Assembly (NCBI RefSeq): GCF_006345805.1
Contig: NC_043010.1
Span: 53,072,001 to 53,136,000 of the forward strand
Direction of reading: 5' to 3'
DNA length: 64,000 nucleotides
Source of the DNA: Octopus sinensis
Taxonomy: Eukaryota
Shown piece by piece: positions 12,231 to 24,687 of this stretch (position 1 is its first letter; every line of letters begins with the position of its first letter). The position numbers and the translations under genes were made by a program. Below the pieces are notes generated by a model. That model saw only the letters and a program-made list of their open reading frames with translations, was not told the DNA's origin and did no database searches.

Positions 12231-12551
12231 TAGGTCCCGGGTTGAGTCGGGGTTAGCCCCAGTAAATAAGGTACTCAATACATAGCAGAGTAAAGTAATT
12301 TATTTTATTTTTTATTTTATTTATTTTATAGAAGGAGTTTCTACAGGACTAGAACTGTCAGCTTCCTGAAGATTTCATCTGAATGAAACAGTTCTCAATA
12401 CAGTACTCAATACATAGCAGAGTAAAGTAATTTATTTTATTTTTTATTTTATTTATTTTATAGAAGGAGTTTCTACAGGACTAGAACTGTCAGCTTCCTG
12501 AAGATTTCATCTGAATGAAACAGTTCTAGTCCTGTAGAAGCTCCTTCTATA
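12231..12551. mobile_element. Penelope-type end (family F), rearranged: 132-bp direct repeat plus 32-bp fold-back
   Basis: 12271-12395 is repeated at 12403-12527; arms 12459-12490 and 12520-12551 differ by 1 mismatch; homologous to 48030 and 51810. Confidence 0.65.
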
Positions 12552-12553
12552 AT

Positions 12554-12599
<46 letters not shown>

Positions 12600-12660
12600 T
12601 ATATATATAATATATATATATAATATATATATATATATGTATATATATAAAATGTATATA

Positions 12661-12877
12661 CGAGGTGGGTACTGAAAATATCCTGGCTTTCGTAAAAGAA
12701 AATACAGGAATGTCAGTGAATTATGATTTTATTCAACATATTCCCCTCTCATAGTCTCAAACTTATTACAGCGGCCTGTCAGTTATTCTAAGTCCTGTAA
12801 AAGAACTCGGAATCTTGGGCCTCCAGCCAAGCCTTTCGTGATACCCTCAAAGGTAAGTATCTTTCACCACCTTCTCG
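12661..12877. mobile_element. Mariner-like MITE (degenerate TIRs)
   Basis: TA|CGAGGTGGGTACTGAAAA...TTTCACCACCTTCTCG|TA. Confidence 0.5.
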
Positions 12878-12941
12878 TAATTTTGTTTGTTGCTTAATCG
12901 AAATGTACGTATGCTAGTAGAGTACTGAAAAAGGAAAAGAG

Positions 12942-13174
12942 GTACTCTTTTACTCATTACTCTTTTACTTGTTTCAGTCATTTGACTGTGGCCATGCTGG
13001 AGCACCGCCTTTAGTCGAGCAAATCCACCAGAGGACTTATTCTTTGTAAGCTTAGTACTTGTTCTATCGGTCACTTTTGCCGAAACACTAAGTTACGATG
13101 ACGTATACACACCAGCATCGGTTGTCAAGCGATGTTGGGGGGACAAACAGACACACAAACATATATACACCCCC

Positions 13175-13250
<76 letters not shown>

Positions 13251-13421
13251 TACGACACGACGGGCTACTTTCAGTTTCCGTCTACCAAATCCACTTACAA
13301 GACTCTGGTGGCCCGAGGCTAGAGTAGAAGACATTTGCCCAAAGTGCCACGCAGTGGGACTGAACCCGGAACCACGAGGTTCGTAAGCAAGCTACTTACC
13401 ACACAGCCACTCCTACGCCTA
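12942..13421 (-). mobile_element. SINE family B, full length
   Basis: Both halves, with an expanded (TA)n centre. Confidence 0.9.
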
Positions 13422-14069
13422 TTGATGCAGAGGAAAAAAAGGAAACGTTTGCGCAATTCCAGTGTAATCGTCTTATTTCACACCTGCGACAGCAGTTACT
13501 GATTTTTCAACAATACGACGCTTATTTCCACTTCTGCAACCAATTCTTCACCTGATTCCTCAGTTGCAGACACACAAGCTATTTCTACTACCGAACTATT
13601 AGTAATTCAGTAACCAAGAAACTGTTAACGTGATTTATGAACATATTTTGACAGAGCTAGGACTATGGAACACGGAACGTACTTGCTATATACAGTAGAC
13701 TTCTAGATTCTCAATGGACCACAGAATTACTAAAACCACGATCGGAACTTTTTGAATACTTGCTATGCGTGTATGACGAAGGAGAAAAACCATAGACGTG
13801 GAATTCAGCTAACTCATTATTCAAATGTAAAACGGGGAATAGCAAGTTTGTAAAATGTGAATAGTTGCAACACTTACCATCGAGTCGTTGGATATCTATA
13901 AGCAGAAGAAAGAATCTTTTTTCGTTGCGTCAAAATTCAACGATTGGGAACGCGGTACTGTTGTTGTGAAGCATAAAATTGGAGAAGAACATTGCTAATG
14001 TCAGCTGGAATATACTGCGCGTCTTTGATAAATTTGCATAATAAATAGAAAAAATGGTAAAAAGAATGA

Positions 14070-14211
14070 GAAAGGCGTAGCTGTATGGTAAGAAGTTTGT
14101 TTCCCAACCACAAAATTCCGGCCTCAATTGCATTGCATGACACATTGGGCAAGTGGAACCGACCAAAACCTTTGAGAGAGTTTGGTAAACAGAAACTGAA
14201 AGGTTACCCTC

Positions 14212-14215
<4 letters not shown>
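14070..14215 (+). mobile_element. Degraded SINE family B 5' half
   Basis: GGCGTAGCTGTATGGTAAGAAGTTTGTTTCCCAACCAC...GAAACTGAAAG. Confidence 0.65.
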
Positions 14216-14249
<34 letters not shown>

Positions 14250-14252
<3 letters not shown>

Positions 14253-15548
14253 GTGAAATAGAAAGATGAATAATCTTGTAGTAGATTAATCAAAAGTTTA
14301 ACCGATACCTTAGTAGCAAAAATCACAGCAGTGAACAGCACGGTTGGAGGTACAACCATCTGGCGTTGCAACCGTGCGTTGGTGCGGATAATTGAAATTA
14401 AAACATTATTGGTGAATTGAAGAAATGGAGCTGAACGCAGATTGAACAGAAATCGTTTTATTTCATTCTACACGTGTTTCGAAAGGCACAAATTACCAAA
14501 ATCCGATTGAATAATGGGACCATATTGTGTCTTTCTCTTCAGGAAGAAAAAAGGAAATCCGTTGGAAAAACAAAAACAGAACAGAGGCAGAGCAAAAAAC
14601 AAATCGAACTGTGCTCCTAAGAGCCCATGGCGAAACTGTTTATCAGTGTATGTTGAGAACCGGTGGCTGAAGAATTCAACAGGTCAGGCATCGGTCAATC
14701 ATGTGGGTGAGGGTGTATATATGTTCTTTGTGACCGAGAATAAAGTTCTGACTATTTAAAGAATATTGGATGTTTTATAAGGGGCGAGAAAAAAATCTAC
14801 TTAGAGACGTGTGTGTGTGTATACTGTTCTATATATGTGTGTGTTGGCGTAGGGGTAGAAAACATTTTTTGTGTACGTGTGTGCGTTTGATCGTTCGGCT
14901 GTCAGTGGCTACTGCCGTGATAACCGTTGGGTGGCAGAAAGAAAAAAAATAAAGAAATTATATATATATATTATGTTTTATGTGTGTGTGTGAGTGTTCA
15001 TCTAAGCCTGCCTTGACAAGGAAACCCCCCGCTGTGAAAAAACAAGCCCCGTTTGTCTTACAGGAGTAATTTCCCTTGCAGTGGTTAATTGTAGATATCT
15101 TAAAATCTATTTCAGAATTTGTTACCAAGGGCTATGGGTGCCGGTCTTATTTATAAACGCTATTTAAAGGCCAGATAAGTGTAACGCCGCCAATGGGGGC
15201 ATCGAAAAGCCGACTGTAAGAGCCCGTTTACCATCCGGCCTCTGGCAAACAAAATATGGAAGAGTTCGGAGCACAAAGGTTGCACTGTCTTCTGCCCCTA
15301 TCAAATGGGAGGGCCACCGACAAAATTGACCATTCCAGCCTATAGCTTAAGTTCGCATCCTTCAGTCGCCATATTAGCTTACTGAGTCCCGTGGTCTGGC
15401 GCTTGTTCACGTCCCGAAAAGTTGCGTAATGGTTGGAGACACGCAAATTTGTGCCTTTGGTAATTTGTGCCTTTCGAAACACGTGTAGAATGAAATAAAA
15501 CGATTTCTGTTCAATCTGCGTTCAGCTCCATTTCTTCAATTCACCAAT
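14250..15548 (-). mobile_element. Naiad-type Penelope-like element 3' end: GIY-YIG C-terminus, 3' UTR, hammerhead, tail, plus inverted tail copy at the 5' end
   Basis: Minus ORF ..STNHYATFRDVNKRQTTGLSKLIWRLKDANLSYRLEWSIL..RQCNLC-type stretch (track 15228-15482); perfect 93-bp inverted repeat at 14408-14500 and 15456-15548. Confidence 0.75.
14461..14550 (-). ncRNA. Type I hammerhead ribozyme with intact canonical core
   Basis: TTTCTTC-CTGAAGA-GAAAG(ACACAA..TTGTGC)CTTTC-GAAACAC-GTGT-A-GAATGAAA. GUA cleavage between 14469 and 14468; helix III is the palindrome ACACGTGT. Confidence 0.8.
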
Positions 15549-15551
15549 ATG

Positions 15552-15587
<36 letters not shown>

Positions 15588-15609
15588 ATATATATATTAA
15601 TATATATAT

Positions 15610-16015
15610 ACTCTTTTAGTCTTTTATTCTTCTATTTGTTTCAGTCATTTAACTGCGGCCATGCTGGAGCACCACTTTTAGTCGAGCAAATCGACCCCAG
15701 GACTTATTCTTTGTAGGCCTAGTACTTATTCTATTGTTCTGTTTTGCAGAACCGCTAAGTTACGGGGACGTAAACACACCAGCATCGGTTGTCAAGCGAT
15801 GGTGTGGGGACAAACACAGGCGCACAGACATACACACACACACACACACACATATACATATATTAATATATATATATATATATACGATGGGCTTCTTTCA
15901 GTTTCCGTCTACCAAATCCACTCACAAGGCTTTGGTTGGCCCGAGACTATAGTAGAAGACATTTGACCAAGGTGCCACGAAGTGGGTGGGACTGAACCCG
16001 AATCATTGTGTTTCG
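15610..16015 (-). mobile_element. SINE family B, full length
   Basis: Both halves match family B. Confidence 0.9.
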
Positions 16016-16565
16016 CAATATATATATATATATAGTCAATCCAAACATTAATAATATAGTCAAAAACTACAAATAGAAACCTAACAACACGATACGTGGA
16101 ACAAGTATAGTGGTTTGGACGCTCAGAAGGAAGAACGAAGGAAGATTTAACGTTTCGAGCGGAGCTCTTCGTCAAAAACATAGGAACGGAAAGATCCAGG
16201 GAAGGGAAGACGGAGAAAGAAAATCGCCATGATACACACCGATCACATATTATATATGTGGGAGGTGCATGTGTGTAGGGTGGTGTGGTTTGTATGAGCG
16301 CGCGTGTGTGTATTTGTCTCCCACCACCGCTTGACAACCAGATTTACCACATAATACTGAAGTATCTGTTAAGCTGCACAGACAGAGTCATCTTCCTTTA
16401 TCGTTATTTTCTTTCTGTTGAACAAATCGCTACCGAGTACATTTAAAAAAAATGTCTGGTACTTATTCTATTGATCGCTTTTTGCTGAACTGCTAAAGTA
16501 TAGGGAAGTAAGCAAGTCAACACCGGTTGTCAAACAGTGATAATGGATATACGCAAGCAGAAACA

Positions 16566-16639
<74 letters not shown>

Positions 16640-17309
16640 CGATGGGCTTCTTTCAGTTTCCGTCTACCAAATCCACTCACAAGGCTTTGGTTGGCCCGAG
16701 ACTATAGTAGAAGACATTTGACCAAGGTGCCACGAAGTGGGTGGGACTGAACCGGAATCATGTGGTTCGCAATATATATATATCTATAGTCAATCCAAAC
16801 ATGAACAAATAGAAAAAACCTAACACACGAGTACGTGGAACAAGTATAGTGTTATTGGACGCTCAGGAAAGGAAAGAACGAAGAAGATTTAACGTTTCGA
16901 GCGGAGCTCTTCGTCAAAAACATAGGAAACGGAAAGATCCAAGGAAGGGAAGACGGAGAAAGAAAATCGCCAATGATACACACGCGATCACATATATATA
17001 TTGGTGGGAGGTGCATGTGTGTAGGTGTGTGTGGTTGTATGAGCGCGCGTGTGGTATTTGTCTCCCACCACCGCTTGACAACCAGATTTACCACATAATA
17101 CTGAAGTATCTGTTAAGCTGCACAGACAGAGTCATCTTCCTTTATCGTTATTTTCTTTCTGTTGAACAAATCGCTACCGAGTACATTTAAAAAAAATGTC
17201 TGGTACTTATTCTATTGATCGCTTTTTGCTGAACTGCTAAAGTATAGGGAAGTAAGCAAGTCAACACCGGTTGTCAAACAGTGATAATGGATATACGCAA
17301 GCAGAAACA

Positions 17310-17383
<74 letters not shown>

Positions 17384-18110
17384 CGATGGGCTTCTTTCAG
17401 TTTCCGTCTACCAAATCCACTCACAAGGCTTTGGTTGGCCCGAGACTATAGTAGAAGACATTTGACCAAGGTGCCACGAAGTGGGTGGGACTGAACCGGA
17501 ATCATGTGGTTCGCAATATATATATATCTATAGTCAATCCAAACATGAACAAATAGAAAACCTAACAACACGAGTACGTGGAACAAGTATAGTGTTATTG
17601 GACGCTCAGGAAAGGAAAGAACGAAGGAAGATTTAACGTTTCGAGCGGAGCTCTTCGTCAAAAACATAGGAAACGGAAAGATCCAAGGAAGGGAAGACGG
17701 AGAAAGAAAATCGCCAATGATACACACGCGATCACATATATATATATGGTGGGAGGTGCATGTGTGTAGGTGTGTGTGGTTGTATGAGCGCGCGTGTGTG
17801 TATTTGTCTCCCACCACCGCTTGACAACCAGAATTACCACATAATACTGAAGTATCTGTTAAGCTGCACAGACAGAGTCATCTTCCTTTATCGTTAATTT
17901 CTTTCTGTTGAACAAATCGCTACCGAGTACATTTAAAAAAAAAATGTCTGGTACTTATTCTATTGATCGCTTTTTGCTGAACTGCTAAAGTATAGGGAAG
18001 TAAGCAAGTCAACACCGGTTGTCAAACAGTGATAATGGATATACGCAAGCAGAAACACGCACATACACACACACACACACACACCACACACACACACACA
18101 CATACATATA
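15870..18110. repeat. Three tandem near-identical ~745-bp composite units (SINE B half, Penelope-type end, unique sequence, SINE B half, (CA)n(TA)n)
   Basis: GCAAGCAGAAACACGCAC at ~16554, ~17298 and ~18045; hammerhead-like motif at 16145, 16887 and 17631. Confidence 0.9.
16145..16179 (-). ncRNA. Minimal hammerhead-like motif, C3U variant (also at 16887-16921 and 17631-17665)
   Basis: GTTT-TTGACGA-A-GAGC-TCC-GCTC-GAAAC-GT-T-AAAT on the minus strand. Confidence 0.5.
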
Positions 18111-18243
18111 CATATACATATATATTTATATGCAGAAGAATCTACTAATGTAGATGCAAGCGTTATATATGATTTATAAAAACAGGTGACATATTAATAA
18201 AAATCTGTAAATGTAAAACCATCCAGATTTCTGCTACTTATTT

Positions 18244-18309
<66 letters not shown>

Positions 18310-18314
<5 letters not shown>

Positions 18315-18490
18315 CGACGGGCGTCCAGACAATTCTCCAGTTCTCATCTACCAAATTCATTTACATCACAAGGTATCAGTTGACCCGGAACTAAAGAAAA
18401 AGACACTCGTTCAAGGTGCGGCAAGTAGGACCGAACCCGGAACCACAATCTTGCAAATCCAGTTTCTTAACCATACAGCCATGGCTACAT
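18310..18490 (-). mobile_element. Degraded SINE family B 5' half
   Basis: GAACCCGGAACCAC...CTTAACCATACAGCCATGGCTAC. Confidence 0.6.
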
Positions 18491-19402
18491 TATTCCAGTT
18501 TTCTCGTTCATGGGGTGGATGGGGTTTAAGTCATCAAGTTAGTAAAGAAGAAGACGCCTGCCCCACAATTCATTTTCCTGAGAGTTTAGACAAATACAAA
18601 ACTCCTTATTTGCAGATTAGTGAAGGACTTACAGCCTTTACCGTTTCCTTTGTGTTTAATTCCCTTTTGTAACAACTGTAGATTTTACTATAACGTATGT
18701 CTCTACTTGATTGTTTAAATGTTATTTTTTCCTTCTTGTTTGTAAATTTGCAACAACAAAATAATATGAGAAATAAAATAAAAGCTGTTTTTGTTTACAA
18801 AATTTTCGAAAACATTTTCAAGACACTTGGGGGACGTCATGGCTGCTACTTCCTTGTTCGATATTACCTCTCAACGCTATGTCAAACGAAAAAGAAAACA
18901 TCGTTAAAAATTTATAAACAAACAAACATTTTTAAAATTAAATAAGTGCTTTGAAAAACACACATTTCTTTTCTTATTTTTGTATATCTGTCCTCAAAAA
19001 CAATCTGTCAATGTCTGTAAAGTCGTGGTTGTGCATTATTACGGTTGCACAACTTATACATAAGATAATATACGCTTTCGTTAACTTCTCTAATGGTGTC
19101 ATTCCTGTAGCTTTCTGCTCAATAACAACTGACTTATAATATTGTTCATTATATTGTTATATAATATATGATCATATATATAGTTAATCATCGCGTGTCC
19201 GTATGTCATGCTGAGTACAAAGTCTGGTGAGGTAACTTTTACCTTTCATCCTCGTAGTGTTGATAAAATGTCGTATGATTAGAAATCAAATCTTCAGTTG
19301 ATTTAAGTCACAATTCTGTCACAAATTTCAGCCCTTCTTGCTTAAGTGAAAAACAATAAATAATAAATCTTAGAGCGAGTTATAAACAGTAGCTGCAACA
19401 CA

Positions 19403-19580
19403 TCGTGACGTATATTTGCCATTTAAATATGGCTAACCTCTAAGGGTGGATGCTACTGTAGTTTTAGCCCCAGGATGACACCTATAGCCAGCTGGAGGAG
19501 GTGTCCTCCTGGGGCTACAAACTACAGTAGCATCCACCCTTAGGGGTTAGCCATATTTAAATGGCGAATATATGTCATGA
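19403..19580. mobile_element. Palindromic MITE (~81-bp arms, 15-nt spacer)
   Basis: 19403-19483 is the reverse complement of 19499-19580 with about 5 differences. Confidence 0.8.
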
Positions 19581-20023
19581 AAAACAATAGTTATTATCAG
19601 AAATGAAATAATTACAAATATAATAAAACCTCATAGTGAGTTAATTAAAAATGTAAACATGCCATTTTAAAATTATTGTTGGCCTATAAAAAGACAGTGA
19701 GGGATCTCCTGAAGTATGTTGTACAGTTTATTTCCTATCGCTGAGTTAAGATGACTTCATTCTGTCCTCATTAGCATAAGTTGTTATAGAAAGCAATCAT
19801 AAGTTACGCTAGTACATTAGTGGACAGTATAATTTGCATATTTCCGCTTTTGGTAGCAAAATAATAAATTGAATATCTTTAATTTTTTGTCAAGGTGCTG
19901 GCTGTGGCACTTTTATCATCTGTTCCAGTCCAGTTCACCCCATTGTCGTTAGCTATTTTCCTTTATTTTCACCATTACCGTTAGCTATATTCACTCATAA
20001 ATGAGGTGCGTTTTCAGGTTACC

Positions 20024-20239
20024 TATTTCTTTACTACCCACAAGGGACTAAACAAGGACAGACAAATAGATTAAGTCGTTTATATCGACCCCAGTGCGTA
20101 ACTGGTACTTATTTAATCGACCCCGAAAGGATGAAAGGCAAAGTCGACCTCGGCGGAATTTGAACTCAGAACGTAGCGGCAGACGAAATACCGCTAAGCA
20201 TTTCGCCCGGCGTTCTAACGATTCTGCCAGCTCGCCGCC
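20024..20239 (-). mobile_element. SINE family A with 17-bp TSD
   Basis: TGCGTTTTCAGGTTACC at 20007-20023 and 20240-20256. Confidence 0.95.
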
Positions 20240-20369
20240 TGCGTTTTCAGGTTACCACCAACCGGTATATTTATTGAGAGACCATCTCTAGCAAGATTTA
20301 CCAGCAAGGCGAGAGAGGCCTTACTCCTCTGGTTTTGAAACCAGAATGGCTGACTGCCATTGAAAAGCT

Positions 20370-20770
20370 AATGAGCCCAGCATCAAGATAAACAGCACAT
20401 GACCTTGAAGGTGGGGCCCAGTTAGAATTTTCTTCTGATCGAGTAACCCATCCCGCTCAAAAGGTCCCCCAATATCGTCAGCCACTAAGGGACATGCTCA
20501 ACTGGTTAAGGTCAAACAACTGACAAGCAAATCTGTGGTATTGAGCAGAATATTTGCTGTAGCCCATCTTTTATACTAATTTTCCATTTTATTATTATTA
20601 TTATTATTATTATTATGATGATGATGATGATGATTATTATTACTATTATCATTATTATTGAGTGAGAGAGAAGGGCATGCCATCAAAGTGACACTGGGGT
20701 AAAATATACGAAGCCCAGTATACCCATCATGATTACTCGTCTGATAAGGGTACACTAGGCACATGCACAT
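20370..20770. mobile_element. Two fragments of the (AAT)n-associated ~520-bp element, separated by an (ATT)/(GAT) array
   Basis: Reverse-complement matches to 56780-57302. Confidence 0.8.
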
Positions 20771-20774
20771 GCAT

Positions 20775-21030
20775 TGTTTTATTATTATTATCATTATTAT
20801 TATTGTTATTATTATTATTATTATTATTGATATTATTATTATGATTATTATTATTATTTATTATTATTATTATTATTATTATTTTATTATTTATTTTACT
20901 ATTATTATTATATTATTATTATTATTATTATTTATTATTATTATTATCATTATTATTATATTTTATTATTATTATTATTATCATTATTATCATTATTATT
21001 ATTATTATTATATTATATTATTATTCATTA
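20775..21030. repeat. (ATT)n microsatellite
   Basis: Direct observation. Confidence 0.95.
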
Positions 21031-21529
21031 CAGATTTTTCATTGCAGTTGGTTTTTGTTGTTACTACTGCTGCTATTGTTGTTGTTGTTGTTTGCTGTTT
21101 GTTGCTGACCTGTTCAGACATGTTTCTCATTTCGTCCCTCGAGGTTGGATCCTAACAGCTTTAAACTGGCATGAAAGGATGATTTTTGCTTGGATTAGTT
21201 TCATACAGGAAGTTATTGCAGCATTGGAAGTTTGCCCATACTGCTTTCAGATGGCTAGAAATGGGCGCTCTTATTAGACAAATTATATTTTTCCCTTAAC
21301 TTGTTTACAGACATGTATAAAATGACAACAACTCACAACATCCACTAAAATCTACATTATTTTAATCTGAATGCGTCTCTAAGGGTTCTAAACACGGATG
21401 AAAATAGAAAAAAAACAAACAATGCTTTTATAAAAAATCCATGTAAATTAAGAGAGGAAGGTTTCTCTCTTCAGAACGATTCTGGCAATACTTTTGGCAC
21501 AGAGAATAGAAAGAACAACAATAACAACG

Positions 21530-22150
21530 TACACACATACAGAATCACTCACACACAAGCAGGAACACACATGCGCACACACACACACATACATGCACAC
21601 ACACACACACACACAAATTCACACATGCACATACAGACACACATTCCTACACGTAAACAGATTCACATACAACACACGCACACACAAATTCACGCGCGCA
21701 TATATATATACACACACACACACACAAATTCACACATGCACATACACACACACACATTCCTACACGCACACAGATTCACACACCACGCAGGCACACACTA
21801 ATTCACGCGCGCATACACAAATTCACGTACACACCCAAATCCACACACATACACAAATTCACACACACATACACAAATTCACATACACACACAAATTAAC
21901 ACATGCACATACACACACACATTCCTACACGCACACACACGCACACAGATTCACACCACACACACACCCATACAAATTCATGCGCGCATACACACACACC
22001 CAAATTCACACACACACACACACATTCACACACGCACATATACACAAACGCATTCTCACACGTACACAAACACACAAATTCACACACTCACACGCACACA
22101 CAATCCCCCCACACACATAATCATACGAATCCGCAGGCACACGTACACAC
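21530..22150. repeat. CA-rich compound repeat with recurring ACACAAATTC unit
   Basis: Direct observation. Confidence 0.9.
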
Positions 22151-22289
22151 GCAAACAAGACGCATGAGCTTTGTCAAATGAAAGTAACGATAGAAGTTTG
22201 GATATAGGACCAACTTCGTCTTTTTCCATAAATAGCTTGGACGTGGAACATGAAGACGAACGGAAGACCGCATGGTAACATCAACTTTC

Positions 22290-22480
22290 GGCCTTTACTT
22301 GTTTCAGTCATTGGAGTGCGGTCATGCTGGAGCAACGCCTTGAAAAAGTTTTAGTCGAAGGAATCGACACTTAGAAATTTTTTTTTTTTATCTACGGGTC
22401 TCTTGTACCGAATCGCTAAGTTACTAGGACGTAAACACACTAGCATCGGTTGTCGAGCGATGTTGGGGGGGACAAACACA

Positions 22481-22548
<68 letters not shown>

Positions 22549-22692
22549 CAACGGGCTTCTTTCAGTTTCTGTCTGCCAAATCAACTCACAAGGCTTTGGT
22601 CGGCCGAAGCTATAGTAGAAGGTGCCGCGCAATGGGACTGAACCCATGGCTGGTAAGCAAGCTACTTACCATACAGCCACTCCTGCGCCTAT
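22290..22692 (-). mobile_element. SINE family B
   Basis: Both halves present; a more degraded 5' half follows at ~22785-22960. Confidence 0.85.
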
Positions 22693-22699
22693 TATATAA

Positions 22700-22772
<73 letters not shown>

Positions 22773-23171
22773 CACACGCATATACGTGACGGGATCCTTT
22801 CCATTTCTGGCTATCATATGCTCTTACAAAGCTTTAGTCAGCCAGGGACCATAGAAGAAAACCTTTGCCCAACGTACTAAGTCCTGCCACTGAAAGCTGA
22901 ACCATTTATTCTCGAAGCAAACTTCTTACCGTACTACCTCGCTTGCGCTTATATCCGCACCTGTGCCATTAATATCTAAAAGAAATATACGAAGAAAACA
23001 TTGTACTCAAATCATTCACAAAGTTCTAAGGGAAAATAAATGTAACCAATTCGGACGTTGCCAAAAGCACTGAGTTTATGCCTATGATCTCTAAAATCTA
23101 ATAAACATGGTGACAAATATCATTGTTTCGAGGAGTGAGAATTCTTGCCCAGATACGATACGGTAAGTGAT

Positions 23172-23472
23172 GTGGAGGCACATGACCTAGTGGTTAGAGT
23201 AGCAGACTCGCGGTCGAGGGATCGCGGGTTCGAATCTCAGACCGGCCGATGTGTGTGTTTATGAGCGAAACACCTAAGCTCCACGCGGCTCCGGTCGAAG
23301 ATAATGGCGAACTTCTGCTGACTTTTTCGCCACAACTTTCTCTCACTCTTTCCTCCTGCATCTTGCAGCTCACCTGCGACGGACCGGCGTCCCGTCCAGT
23401 TGGGGAACCTATACGCCAAGGAAACCGGGAAACCGGCCCTTATGTGCTAGGCATGACTTGAGAAAGAACAAA
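23172..23472 (+). mobile_element. tRNA-derived SINE (family E), full length, with TSD
   Basis: A-box TGACCTAGTGG, B-box GGTTCGAATC, tail GCGACGGACCGGCGTCCCGTCCAG; TAAGTGATGTG at 23164-23174 and 23473-23483. Confidence 0.9.
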
Positions 23473-23649
23473 TAAGTGATGTGTTGAAAACACGATGACG
23501 GACTAACTTAGTCTATTATAATCTGATCATAGACTAATCCTGTAATATCTGAGATAAAGATTATCGTAAACGACATCGGCGACGATGTTCATCACGTAAT
23601 CGTTGTTATTTTATTGCATAACGAACGCTACCGTATTAATCAAAGATGC

Positions 23650-23915
23650 TGCTGCTGCTGATGATGATGATGATGACAATGATGGTGCTGGTGGTGATGA
23701 TGAAGTTGATTATGATAATGATGATGATGATGATAAGGAAGTTGATGATGGTGTTGATGATGATGCTGATGATGATGATGATGATGATGATGTGATGATG
23801 ATGATGATGATGATAATGAAGGTGATGAGGATGAAGTTGATGATGATGATGATGATGAAGATGATGACAAAGTCGATGACAATGATGATGATGATGATGA
23901 TGATGGTGGCGATGT
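23650..23915. repeat. (GAT)n microsatellite
   Basis: Direct observation. Confidence 0.95.
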
Positions 23916-24229
23916 AAATAATGTAAATTGTGGATTATTATGAAAATGTTATTAGTATATGTTTTACTATTGCTGGCTATTTTTCCTCATATTTGCGGTG
24001 ATGATGATGTCGGTCGATCATGGAAGCCATGCTTTTTTTTTGCCGAAAAGCGCTACGTAAACTGTACTGTTTTAAAACTGCATATATGTGCATACATATG
24101 CAAAAGAGTGCAAAAACATACATACATGTGCAGGTATTTGTATGCCTACGTGTCTTCTAATTTCTTTAAACAGCCATTCATACTAACACAAACATTCGTA
24201 CATATATACACTTATGTACAAATACAGCT

Positions 24230-24290
24230 GTGAATACATAAATTTACACACAAATGTGCGACAATATACATGCACATATACATACATACA

Positions 24291-24340
<50 letters not shown>

Positions 24341-24476
24341 ATATATGTGTGTGTATGTATGTTTTTATATGTAATATAGTATGAATATATGCATGTGTGT
24401 ATACATAATTTTATCTATATATAAACACATACACACGTACATTCATACATAAATACGAATATATGCATACATACAC

Positions 24477-24517
<41 letters not shown>

Positions 24518-24656
24518 TATACACATTTGACTTGAATGCGGACAATTACGTAAATAATAACCTTATATATTATATATATATATCTATATATATATATATA
24601 TATATATGTGTGGTTGTGTGTGTGTAATATATATATATATGTGTGTGTGTGTGTGT

Positions 24657-24687
<31 letters not shown>

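Noticed and set aside
14550-15230. SECIS in the Naiad-type 3' UTR
   Set aside because: No AUGA..AA..GA helix found by eye, and no in-frame UGA at Cys positions.
421-23162. 10-nt AG..GT segments at 421-430 (minus) and 23153-23162 (plus), and a lone donor at 2980
   Set aside because: Frame-shifting length or no supporting acceptor; common by chance.
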